Part shown: positions 35,646-46,764 of the stretch, piece after piece
Numbering within the stretch: the first letter of the stretch is position 1
Layout of the letters: each line of letters opens with the position of its first letter
DNA from: Basidiobolus meristosporus CBS 931.73
Lineage: Eukaryota; Fungi; Basidiobolomycota
Length of the DNA: 64,000 nt
Direction: 5' to 3'
Assembly (NCBI GenBank): GCA_002104905.1
Contig: MCFE01000217.1
Span: 1-64,000, forward strand
The notes under the pieces: model-generated
Told to the model about the DNA's origin: nothing
Databases searched by the model: none
Seen by the model: only the letters and a program-made list of their open reading frames with translations
Made by a program: the position numbers and the translations under genes

Positions 35646-37118
35646 TCACCGCATGTCCTTTATTCTTGGGTTTCGGGGCTTGGGTGCTTTTTTCAGCTGG
35701 TCACGCAGTTTCTTGCGCGACGCAATGGGCTTGACCTTCTCGTAGATGATGTATCCAGCAACCGCGTCTTTTGCCGCGTACAGGATGTCTTGTTGGTCTA
35801 AGCTTGGGGCGAACCAAGTGCGTTTTTTGTGGGTCTTGTCTATCGCGAACTGCTTGACATACTGCTTCGTCAGCTTCGCCAGAGAGCTGGCCGCGTTGAA
35901 GCGGTCGGCAACCACCTGGTCAATGTCCAGGCTGCCCCGGCAATTCAGTCCATACACACTGTTCAGCTTCTGGACATCTCCCGTGAGATTCACGCCGACT
36001 TTGATGATCCTCTCGTCTTCCAAGAAATCCCGCAAGATGGCCGGGAACTCCTCGACCTGGCCCATGATCTGGTGGATACGGATGAGCAGGCACACCTCTT
36101 CGAACGCAATTTGGATCAGGCCCACCTTGTTGTGGTAGGAGCACCCTTCCGTGTCGAAGCCAACGTAGAATTTCCCAGAAATCTGCTGGCGCCTATGGAG
36201 ATATTGTAGACTTTGCTCCAGCTCCCCCGGGCTCTCGATGACAAAAGTGTCCACCTTTTCGAGCTCCGCGAATGTCTGCGAGTTGAGTTGAGATATGTCG
36301 GCAATCATGGTTGCCATCTTGGGTTTTTCCATGCCCACAGGGGCTAGCTCGATCATTTTTGCGTCCGTCTGCTCCGTGGTGCTCCTTCGGGCTGGGCTCT
36401 CCGAAGACCGCGTCTCTTTGGGCGGGGCGGCAGGTGAGCCGCAGACTGGCTGCAGCTTTAGTTGATACTTGCTCGAGAGATACTCTACAATGTTTGGGTC
36501 GGCGCTCCCTGCCTGCCACCTGCCATCGATTGGTCCACAACGAAGACCGTAGTCAAGGAATAGCCTACTGGCTACCGCCTCTGCATTTGAGCCGACTTTG
36601 ACGATTCTAGGGTCAGCCAGCAACCGCTTTAGATCCAACGGACAGAGGCGCCCGTTCCCCATGACCCCGGAGGTGTCAACACACAAACAGGCCTCTTCGA
36701 CGTAAACTAGCAGGAAGCGTAAGTCATATTCGGTCGGGCCTACCCCTTCAATGTGTACTTTTCTGTGCGGAGGCTTGTCTAACAAACTGCGAAACGCTTG
36801 GAATCCCTCCAAGCCCTGTGCCGCGTCGAGTATGATGAGATTGATCTTACGGCCGGCGAGCTCCTCGGCCGGGAAATGGGTTCGGATCTGGAACTTCTCA
36901 GTATCCTTCAGGCGCCCCTTTCTTGTTGCGCTCGATGCTCCCACGGCGCTGCTGCCAGGTTTTCCCAGGCGACGGTTGACCAGGGCCTGTTTAGCTTGAA
37001 ATGAACTGACGTGCCGCGCGGGGAGTAACATCCCCTTGGTGAGGGCCTCGGCCATGGAGCAAATCTTGCTTGTGCGAGAGAGGACGGCCCGAGAGATTGA
37101 AAATGGTGGCCCCCACAT
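35646..37118 (-). CDS. DEDDy 3'-5' exonuclease (WRN-exo/EXD family) with a duplicated, degenerate N-terminal domain
   Basis: The C-terminal domain has VGFDTE (ExoI, 36147-36155), KVGVNLTGD (ExoII) and YAAKDA (ExoIII). An internal paralogous domain lies at ~36440-36900. 490 aa, intronless. Confidence 0.88.
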   Translation of the reverse strand: MWGPPFSISRAVLSRTSKICSMAEALTKGMLLPARHVSSFQAKQALVNRRLGKPGSSAVGASSATRKGRLKDTEKFQIRTHFPAEELAGRKINLIILDAAQGLEGFQAFRSLLDKPPHRKVHIEGVGPTEYDLRFLLVYVEEACLCVDTSGVMGNGRLCPLDLKRLLADPRIVKVGSNAEAVASRLFLDYGLRCGPIDGRWQAGSADPNIVEYLSSKYQLKLQPVCGSPAAPPKETRSSESPARRSTTEQTDAKMIELAPVGMEKPKMATMIADISQLNSQTFAELEKVDTFVIESPGELEQSLQYLHRRQQISGKFYVGFDTEGCSYHNKVGLIQIAFEEVCLLIRIHQIMGQVEEFPAILRDFLEDERIIKVGVNLTGDVQKLNSVYGLNCRGSLDIDQVVADRFNAASSLAKLTKQYVKQFAIDKTHKKRTWFAPSLDQQDILYAAKDAVAGYIIYEKVKPIASRKKLRDQLKKAPKPRNPRIKDMR

Positions 37119-38299
37119 GTAGCGTTAAAGTGGACCTACGGGAAACTCCACACTTGACAGTCTCTGCAGAGTTGCTGGCCTTCAGTTGCGGCCGATATCC
37201 CCGTTTGGGATGAAGCGAAATTTTGCTTCCTTTCGATTTGGTGGATTTTCGGACGGATCCGAGATTTTTTATCCACCTGGACCAACCGAACTGATCCCTG
37301 GATGGCATGGTGGTATCGAGTCTTGGTTCATGCGCCTATCACATCCCGTATCTCCCTCCAACAGTCCTTTCGCGGCATTGCTGGCGTACGGGGAGCCATT
37401 CATTTTGTTTGGGGCCGGTGTTTGTGTTGTCTGTCCCCTAGGATTTCGTGCAAACCGTTTCCTTCGCTGGTGCTCCGTAGTAATCCAAGCGAGTTGGAGC
37501 CATCTGCAGCAGGAACAAATAGTGCAGGGACACTCAAGTCTTGGCCGGCTATCTGGACCTCCACTGGCCTGATCGCCATGGAAACCCGTGCACACTTCTG
37601 GCTTAGCTGTTGCAATAGGTAAAGCACCCGGTCTGATACTCCAGAGTAAAGCAACTCGTTCGACCAGTTCCTCCGGCCGCTGTTCAAGTCATCGATCACC
37701 CTCATCCTCACTAACACGCCAGTGCACGAGTATCACATCGAGATTGGATCTTGCTACAACATAGAAGGGACCGTTCAACGTATTCAAAGATCAACCTTGT
37801 GATCCCCATGTACGGCAGAATGCTTGCTGGCCACACCCTGGTCGACATCTATACTCCATATTCAAATTGAGCCCATCGTGTGGCCGTTTGTTCAACACGA
37901 AGAGGGAGGGTGGGCCAATGAGCGACACCAAGAGCGTCGCCAGCGCTTGTCGATGATCCAGCCGGTGCACCTCTTTATATCACATGTCGCCATCACCATT
38001 GGGACTGGTTCTAGTTGGGTAACATCCACACATTGATTGGAAGCGTTGTGACTGTCTCGCATGTGAGACCGTGAAAGCCCGGAAGAAATATTGCTTGGAA
38101 CAAGAGATATACGAATGCTACCTCACGAATAACGAATTTTCATTTCCGCGTGGACCAAAATGGTTTGTTGAAGCGGCGTAAGCAAAAAGTCAAAAGGCCG
38201 TACTATTCCCGCCAAATGCTTCCAAGACATGAGGGATGTAGACAGTACAGGGTTTACTTCAAAGCAGTTGGCAAGTGCTTCACCCCCATATATCTTCTA

Positions 38300-39120
38300 C
38301 CTCAATACCTGCCACAAGTGCACCCCCCAGGCCAGTTATCTTGCTAAAAAGCCAAAGGTATTGTCACCACCAGGTGGTGGTTTTAAGGTTCTTATACCAA
38401 ACTTGCCTATCTTGACTTCTTGCCCTTCTGTCAGTTCTAGCCTTGTGGATCTTGATGATGATTCATCACCTCAATATCCTCAAAAGAATCCTTTCACAAC
38501 TTCCTGTTCTTCTTGTTCTTACTTCAAGTGCCCTGACTGTGATTCAACACTTGACTCTCATGCAGGGTAGTGTTGTTAGGGAAGATAGGCTCATAATACA
38601 TTAGTGAGCCTGCTTCTTCAGAGCTATCACTCTGCATGCCATATTCAGAAGACTGGGGTGAGCCTAAACATGTCACAAACTCACCTGACTCAGTTTGTGC
38701 AAGGTGACAAGTATGGCCAGGTGCCATTGTAGAAGTATCAAGTGGACAGCAAGATATTGTTGGTACAGCAGTGACTGGTGAATGGTCAAATCTGACTTGT
38801 GTGGCAAAACACCAGTCACAATCCTGGTAATACTTTCTATGCTGTCTGCATGCTTCATGGCTGAGAGGCTTGCTACAATAGCCACATGGTCTTTTTTCTC
38901 TTCTCTTCCGGTGTTGAACCAAAGTAGTCATGTCAATGGCACAAACAGTTTGGCACTCAACAATATAACACTATTATATCCCTTTTTTGTTAATACTCAT
39001 GTGAGTTCAAGACAGTCTTATACATGAGACATTGCACCTACACAAATGTAAGATTCAATGATAACTCACAATAGTAAGCATTATAGACAAAGCTATGGCA
39101 CCACATACTTACACTATTTC
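38300..39120 (-). mobile_element. 5' part of a CACTA-like element (CxxC...H zinc-finger N-terminus)
   Basis: KRPCGYCSKPLSHEACRQHRKYY. 38560-39030 is homologous (inverted) to 62540-63050, which lies upstream of tnp2-like sequence. Confidence 0.55.
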
Positions 39121-39132
39121 CCCTTTGGTTTG

Positions 39133-39657
39133 ATGTGGGAGAGGAATCCTTAAAGTACCAGAAGCAAGAACAAAGTGCCTTTAACCGCATTTGCCTTAAT
39201 GTCAAAGATAAATTGCTAATTCAGTGTGCAAGAGCAAAAATGGCAAAGAATGCCTGGAAGGCATTAGAAGACATCTACCAGTCATGTTCAGCTGCTAAGA
39301 AAATGTATCTGAGACAAAAATTCTTTACTACAAAGATGCTGCCAGGAGAAGAAATGAAAAATCTAATTAACAGAATTACCCTGCTGGTGGATGAGATGTA
39401 ATCAGTGGGTGTACCAACTACCAATGAGTATATGATAGTAACCATCCTGAATAGACTTACAGACAGGTTTCAGGGCCTTGTATCAGCCCAAGTCCAGAAC
39501 TGAAGATTTGACATTAAATTATGTATATGGAAGGCTCCTTGATGAAGAATTAAGAAAATCAAGTGCTAATAAGAAGGAAGAAGAAAATACTTCAATAAGC
39601 AACAATAATCAACAAAGGAGATACCCAAGACCTTTTAAAGGCAATAGACTTGTTCTG
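39133..39657 (+). mobile_element. isolated gag fragment of the copia family (third copy)
   Basis: Colinear with 40811-41340, truncated at both ends, with stops. Confidence 0.9.
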
Positions 39658-39660
39658 TTG

Positions 39661-39725
39661 GATAGTGCCACATAGTGCCAGCCTGTTTACAGTGCTGGAT
39701 TGATCTGGCACTCTATGGCACTATC
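39661..39725. repeat. 65-bp hairpin, 21-bp arms with 19/21 pairing
   Basis: gatagtgccacatagtgccag...ctggcactctatggcactatc. Confidence 0.85.
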
Positions 39726-39827
39726 TGCACTATAATTTCTACCATGATGTCAGTGGTAGGATACAGTTACTGGTAATTTTACTCAATCCTACTTATGTTG
39801 CTCAAAATAGTGCTTTCCTTGCTTTAT

Positions 39828-40361
39828 TTACTCTCTATAATGCTCCATACACATTTCTCTCAGTAGATGTCTTCTTGTATGTATATACTGTGCATTAAGT
39901 ATCATAGCTATTTTTCCCATTCTGCTGTTTTCTCCTATATAAGAATTTCCTGTGTATTTACCAGCCAATATGCTGAATCTCTTCAGATATCCAAATGTAT
40001 GCTCTATCCTCACTCTGAAATGATTAAATATCTTATTGTAGAGCTTCTGCTTCCTGCCAAGCACACCATTCCTTGGCTTCCTATATGCTGTAATACATCC
40101 TAATCTCTGACAATCCTCTCCTATAAAGGCTAAGTCTGCCATACATTTCTCCCCTCTACTACTTCAGGATGATTCTATACCCAGAGTACTTTGTCATGCC
40201 TACTTCCAGCAGATGGCCCACTAAACCAGATGATGTCACCCTCAGTGTCAGACAGTGCTTGAACCTTGACACTGTGTGCCTTGTACTTGCCAGAATAAAA
40301 GTGCCTCTGCCCTCTAGAAGGCCTATAAATCCTGACTGGGAAGGTATCCAAAACACTCCTT
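39828..40361 (-). pseudogene. PIF/Harbinger-IS5 superfamily (DDE_Tnp_4, ISL2EU-like) transposase, catalytic part
   Basis: VLDTFPVRIYRP...FYSGKYKAHSVKVQ...GPSAGSRHD, then ADLAFIG...KPRNG...YNKIFNHFRVRIEHTFGYLKRFSIL. One stop (40175) and one frameshift (~40150). Confidence 0.85.
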
Positions 40362-40366
40362 ATATG

Positions 40367-43300
40367 TGTTGTAAAAATTTGTATTTCCACCTAAATATTC
40401 ACCTAACTTAGTCACTTAGATCAGTACCCTCAAATCCTAGAGAATACTGACCAAATTCCTTGTTGCAATTTACTTAGAATATTTTCACCAAAATATCTGG
40501 TACCCAGAACATGAAAATTCTCAAAGTTGTCCAAACAGCCCCAAACATTGCACACATGTTCTTGGAAGTGAAAACCGCATAATCTACTTGTCCTCTCAAT
40601 CACTTCCAATATCTCCAAGACTCTTACAACAGGTTATGAGCCCCAAGCTGTCACTCTCTGCAATGTCTACTACTGCTATTACAGGAATCTTTCCCTCTGC
40701 TGAAAAGTTGGATGGCTCTAACTACCAAGTGTGGAAGGTGAAGATGAAGATGCTGCTACAAGAATGAGGCCTTTGGGATATTGTCATGGGAGAAGAATGC
40801 CCTCCTAAAAATGTGGGAGAGGAAGCCTCAAAGTACCAGAAGAAAGAACAAAGTGCCTTTAACTGCATTTGCCTTAATGTCAAAGATAAATTGCTAGTTC
40901 AATGCTCAAGAGCAAAAACGGCAAAGAATGCCTGGAAAGCATTGGAAGACACCTACCAGTCATGTTCAGCTGCCAAGAAAATGTATCTGAGATGAAAATT
41001 CCTTACTACAAAGATGCTGCCAGGAGAAGAAATGAAAAATCTAATTAACAGAATTACCCTGCTGGTAGATGAGATGAAATCTGTGGGCGTACCAACTACT
41101 GATGAGGATGTGATAGTTACCATCCTGAATAGCCTGACAGACAAGTTTCAGGGCCTTGAATCAGCCCTAGAGTCTAGAACTGAAGATTTGACCTTAAATT
41201 ACGTATATGGAAGGCTCCTGGATGAATAATTAAGAAAATCAAGCGCCAACAAGAAGGAAGAAGAAAATGCTTTAATAAGCAATGATAACCAACAAAGGAG
41301 GTACCCAAGACCCTACAAAGGTAACAGCGACCTATTTTGCAACTACTGCAAAAGGAAAGGACACACATCAGACCGGTGTCTCAAAAAGAGAGATTATCAG
41401 CAAAAGAAGCCTGAATATGGAAATGCTGCAACAACTGAAGATAGACTATTCATATCTGCACTAAATATGACCACAAACAAGGATTCTCAGATGTGGTATA
41501 TTGACTCTGGAGCTTCTCAACACTTTACACACCAAAAAGAACTTTTTACCCAATATCAAGAAATTCCAATTAAGAAGGTTTTCATGGGTGACAATAGAAC
41601 ACTTGATGCAGTGGGAGAAGGAACTATCCAAGTAAACCTTAGAACCTGTGAAGGAAGCCATACACTGACCTTTAAAGAAGTACACTATGTACCAGAAATA
41701 GCCAAGAACCTACTCTCTGTACGCAAGGCCACAGCAGAAGGACTCAGTTTCAGTTTTGACAATTCTGGATGCAGGATCACTGATCAAAATGGTGCCCATA
41801 TTGCTTTGGGCATCAGAGATCAGAATCCATACAGGTTGACTTATATTCCATCATATTTGGAAGCCAATATAAGTAACTTAAATGAAGAAACACCAATGCT
41901 TTGGCACAGGAGATTTGGACACATCCATTCTGATTACTTGCGCAAAATGATCAAAGATCAGCTAATTTCTGGAGTAAAAATTGATCCCCCGGCTAACTTG
42001 GAGCACTGTGAAGCCTGCATGTATGGGAAACAAGCCATACAACCGTTCAAGAGCTCTGGACTAATCAAAACTAAGAAAAAATTGGATCTAATTCACTCAG
42101 ATCTGTGTGGACCTATGCAAAATTTATCCTTAGGCGGGATGAAGTATTTAATCACTTTTATTGATGCTTATGCAAGACACACATGGGTCTACTTCATGGA
42201 GAGAAAGGAAGAAGCTCTGTCTAAGCTCAGTGAGTTTAAAGCCATGGTGGAGAGAGAAACTAGTGAAAAAATCAAGAAAATACACTCTGACAATGGTGGA
42301 GAATATACCTCAAAACTCTTCATCCACTTCTGCAAAATTCATGGGATAAAGCAAGAGACTACTGTACTATACTCCCCACAACAAAATGGAGTATCAGAAC
42401 AAGCTAACAGATCAATAATTGATATGGCAAGATCTATGATCCATGACCAAAAATTATCCTATGATTTTTGGGCGGAATCAGTTGCTACTGCTGTATATCT
42501 TAAAAATAGGAGTTATAACAGTCCAGGGATGTGTTGTTTGATGAAAATTCAAAATTTTCACAAAAAATGACATCAGATGATGACAAAAATTTGATCTCAA
42601 GTCCACCAATTGTCAGGATTGAATCAGAGCAAAACAATGAGAATTTTCTCACTCCAGCGGACTCTACAACCGTGGTTCAGCCAGAATCAGTGCCCAGGAA
42701 TATCCCAGAAGTGATCATTCCAGTATTAAATGCCTGGAGATCCAATCAGACAAGAAATAGCCCAAATTGCTATATCAATGAGGGTACAAACTTAGCCTAT
42801 GCCTATTTGGTCCATATTGATGAACCCCAGACTGTAAAAGAGGCCCTAAATAGCCCTCAGACAAAGTTTTGGAGATCTGCAATGACTGAGGAATATCAGG
42901 CCTGATGGAAAATCAAACTTGGGACTTAGTCAAATTGCCAATCATCCAAAAATCAATTGGATGCATATGGGTCTTCAAGACAAAATACAAGACTGACGGT
43001 ACAATTGAAAGATACAAAGCAAGACTTGTAGCCAAAGGATACTTGCAAACAAAAGGACTTGACTATACTGAAACCTTTGCACCGGTAGCCAAGTTTAATT
43101 CCATCAGATTAATATTGGCTATTGCAGCCAAATATGAGTTTTTTATTCATCAAATGGATGTAAAAGCTGCATTTTTGAATGGGGAACTTGATGAGGACGT
43201 GTATATGGACCAGCCTGATGGGTATGCTGACCAAGATAACCCCTATTTGGTCTTCAAGCTTAAAAAGTCACTAAATGGTCTCAAACAATCACCAAGAGGC

Positions 43301-44752
43301 TGGAATTGCAAGATAGATTCTTATTTGGAATCTTTGAGTTTCAAAAGAAGTAATGCTGACTATAGTATATACTATAAGCCAGATAGAGAAAATCCAGATC
43401 TGTTAGCTCTATATGTGGATGATCTTATTATAGCTGCTAATAACCTAGAAACATTGGAAGAAACTAAATCCAGCCTATCTAAGGAGTTCAAGATGTCTGA
43501 TTTAGGAGAACTTAGTTACTACTTGGGGATTAAGTTCTCCATAGACAGAAGTACCCAGACTATCACCCTAAGCCAATTCAAGTATATTCAAGATATACTA
43601 AAGAAGTACCAAATGGAAGACTGTAAACCAGCTGCTACCCCAATGGAGACAAACCTTAACTTGGTCAAAACTCAAGCAAATCAAGAGAGCTTGATGCCAT
43701 CTGAAAGCCCTGACTTTCCTTATCAATCTATGGTTAGCAATCTGAAGTATATCATGCTTTGAACACGTCCAGATATCTCATATTCAGTGGGAGTTGTCAG
43801 CCAACATAATCAGAACTATGGATCTGATCATATTGCAGCAGTTAAGCGGATTTTTAGATCCCTAAAAGGAACTGCTGATATCTGCTTAAGATACACTTAT
43901 AAGGACTCAGAACAAGATCTTGTGGGATACTCTGATGCAGATTGGGGACAAAATTTAGAAGACAGAAGATTCACCACAGGATACACCTTTCTTTTCTGTA
44001 AAGGAGCAATTTCATGGAATTCAAGAAAGCAACCAACCATAGCGCTTTCCACCACAGAGGCAGAGTATATGGCAGCCTGTGAAGTTACAAAAGAAGCAAT
44101 GTGGTTAAGAAAGCTGTTTACAGATTTAGGCCTATGTCAAAAAACACCTATTACTTGCTTTCAAGATAATCAAGGATGTATAGAATTAGGTAGAAATCCA
44201 ACTTTTCATGCTAGAACCAAGCACATAGATATTAGACATCATTTCATATGTGAAGCTATAGAGAATAACTTAGTTAGCTTAGTTTACTGTCCTACAGATG
44301 AAATGATTGCAGACATATTTACCAAACTATTAGCTAGAGACAAGTTTGAATATCTTAGGTCAAAATTAAAACTAGTCAGTATGAACATTTAGCTGAGTGG
44401 GAGTGTTGTAAAAATTTGTATTTCCACCTAAATAATCACCTAACTTAGTCACTTAGAGCAGTACCCTCAAATCCTAGAGAATACTGACCAAATTCCTTGT
44501 TGGGATTTACTTAGAATATTTTCACCAAGATACCTGGTACCCAGAACATGAAAATTCTCAAAGCTGTCCAAACAGCCCCAAACATTGCACACATGTTCTT
44601 GGGACCTTCCTTAGCCTATTCTACGTGTTTGTAATGCCAAGATTAGGTAAAAGTATAAATACTACTTTTACATTCAGTAAATCATTAAGTGAAAACCACA
44701 TAATCTACTTGTTCTCCCAATCACTTCCAATATCTCCAAGACTCTTACAACA
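40367..44752 (+). mobile_element. Ty1/copia LTR retrotransposon, copy A (decayed)
   Basis: LTRs 40367-40631 and 44404-44752 (TG...CA, about 96% identical by eye), PBS ggttatgagccc, CCHC knuckle CNYCKRKGHTSDRC, protease IDSGAS, integrase HSDLCGP/HSDNGGEY, RT YVDDL, RNase H YSDADWG/ADIFTK and PPT 44391-44403. TSD atatg/atttg. Several stops and frameshifts. Confidence 0.97.
40632..40643 (+). promoter_or_regulatory. primer-binding site of copia A (internal tRNA-iMet, half-tRNA type)
   Basis: GGTTATGAGCCC directly abuts the 5' LTR. An identical copy lies at 51085-51096 (-). Confidence 0.8.
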
Positions 44753-45100
44753 ATTTGGAACCTGTTGCTGAACACTCTGGGATATGGAAGTCTATTGGAG
44801 CTTCTGAACCTAGTATTCCAAGCTTGCACTAAGTCATTAATACCCATTGCAAGGTAATTCTCCATTGCTGTCAGCTGGGAATGAAGGCTTCCAGGACTTT
44901 TGTTACCATGGATGATGGGATGAAGCCTAGTAGGGCAATAGTTCCTGCAATAGCAGAGAAGCTTAACAAGGGATCTGCTATAGAAGATTGGGTATATTGT
45001 CCATAGGACTTGGTATAGATCCCCTCTAATGTGTTCAAAGCAAATCCAGTGGTAGTGCTGCAATTGATGAGAAAAGACTATCCAGATGAGTAAGTCATAT
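44753..45100 (-). pseudogene. N-terminal (HTH) part of the same Harbinger-like transposase
   Basis: VKLLCYCRNYCPTRL...HGNKSPGSLHSQLTAMENYLA...FSNRFQI joins in frame to RSVLDTFP once copia A and one TSD are removed. Confidence 0.75.
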
Positions 45101-45548
45101 TAATGTTGGTGGGTGATTGGCCTGAGGTGATGTGAATTGATTTGGCATAATCAGATTTATTTATCTGATTTTGCATGCATTACAATTAAATCTCCATCAA
45201 TTGCCATGTATCCCATTGTTATGTTGCAAAGATGATCTTCAAACAACAGCTTGGTATCTTTATTGATGCTTTACTCACAAGTCCATAATCAAATAGGAAA
45301 TCTGCAATCAATGTGATCCAATCCATGTCAATGCAATCCAAGATGCATCATGCATAATATATGGAAATCCAACAATCACATTAGTTTTCATATATATTGT
45401 ATATATGACCAGGTTGATGCCAATATAATACTATATAAGTATCCAAATCTGTCACTATGGTCCCTATGTCAAGTCTCAACTCATATTTAGTACAACCCAG
45501 ATAAAACCCAACCCCCAGCTCACCGGCAGGTCTGGACTGGAAAAGTCA

Positions 45549-46081
45549 ATGTTGGATCCATTCCAGTTGTTGCCAAATGATTTCAGTATGGCCCAAGTGT
45601 CTATGATGAGCCTTTGTACAGATATTTGGGCACTACTCATTAATCTAGCAGAACTAGATACCTTAGAGAGTAGACAAAGATGGAAGAATTTGAGAAGAGA
45701 GCTGTGGTGTGAGCTTTACATTGAGATGCCAGTAGATGTATGTAAGAAGATATTTAACAAGAAAAGTATTGTAATCAAGAATGAGCTGAGAGTGAGGGGA
45801 TTTGACAAGCACAGGAACAATTTTGTGCGCAATTTGCCCAGTACTGACTGGGTGTGTCTGTTTGTGTCCCAACTCTTGGAACCCATGAGATTTTGAATGA
45901 GTTATTGCCTCAGATGACAAATGTACTATGTGATATATTAGTAGGGCTAAGTGGCTTTCAAGAGCAATATACACAGGACTCATCCAGGCAACAGTTCCAA
46001 GGTAGCAGACTGAGGGTAAGTGAATGCCTTAAGGATTCTGAGGTGAGCTTCAAGAAGAAGAATACAGACTGCAAGCAATAG
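45549..46081 (+). pseudogene. possible Myb/SANT (MADF-like) accessory ORF of the Harbinger-like element, frameshifted near 45880
   Basis: W-x16-RWKNLRRE spacing matches MADF helices 2-3. The ORF is divergent from the transposase, and its N-terminal helix match is weak. Confidence 0.4.
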
Positions 46082-46764
46082 TGTCCACATTGCACCAGCA
46101 TCCCTTGCTGGATTCCTGACCATCCCTTGCAACTTCAGCACACCAGTGCATGTCAGTCCAAACCATGCCAACACCCTTCATAAGAGGGGTGCACATTGAG
46201 TCAACATCCCTTGGGTTAATGCACACTATTCAGAGCAAAACTTCCCATAATTGCCAAGCTGCTCATTAAAACACTGGAGCAGGCCAAGTAGTGTCAACAA
46301 GCAGCATCACACCCTGCCAAGGGCCATCTAATGCATCAAGTTGCACCTGTACATGCTGTTACACCTGACTGATGATTACCCACATGAAGTGCCTACACCA
46401 CCAGAGCCTTTTGCAAGTAAAAGAACATGTCAGCACATGCCACTTCAGGCTGGTTCAGTAGCATCATCCAGAGCAATTCAGTGCAGCCAAGCTGCAGCTT
46501 TGCACTCATCAACTAGGAGGCAATATACTGACTGCAAATACACAAGTAGCCAAGATGATAGTCAACAAGGATGTAGTTTAGGTGCACAAAGTAATTATTA
46601 CCAAATGCATCAGTAGTCATCCCTGTGAGAAAAAACCTAGGAGAAGATGATGCAACTGCATTGAACTGCCATTATTTGTCAGGATTCAAACAACGCATTT
46701 TTTTTACAATTGGCAGTGGGCCATTGCAAACCAGTGATCACTAAGTTTTTGATACAAGTAATTC

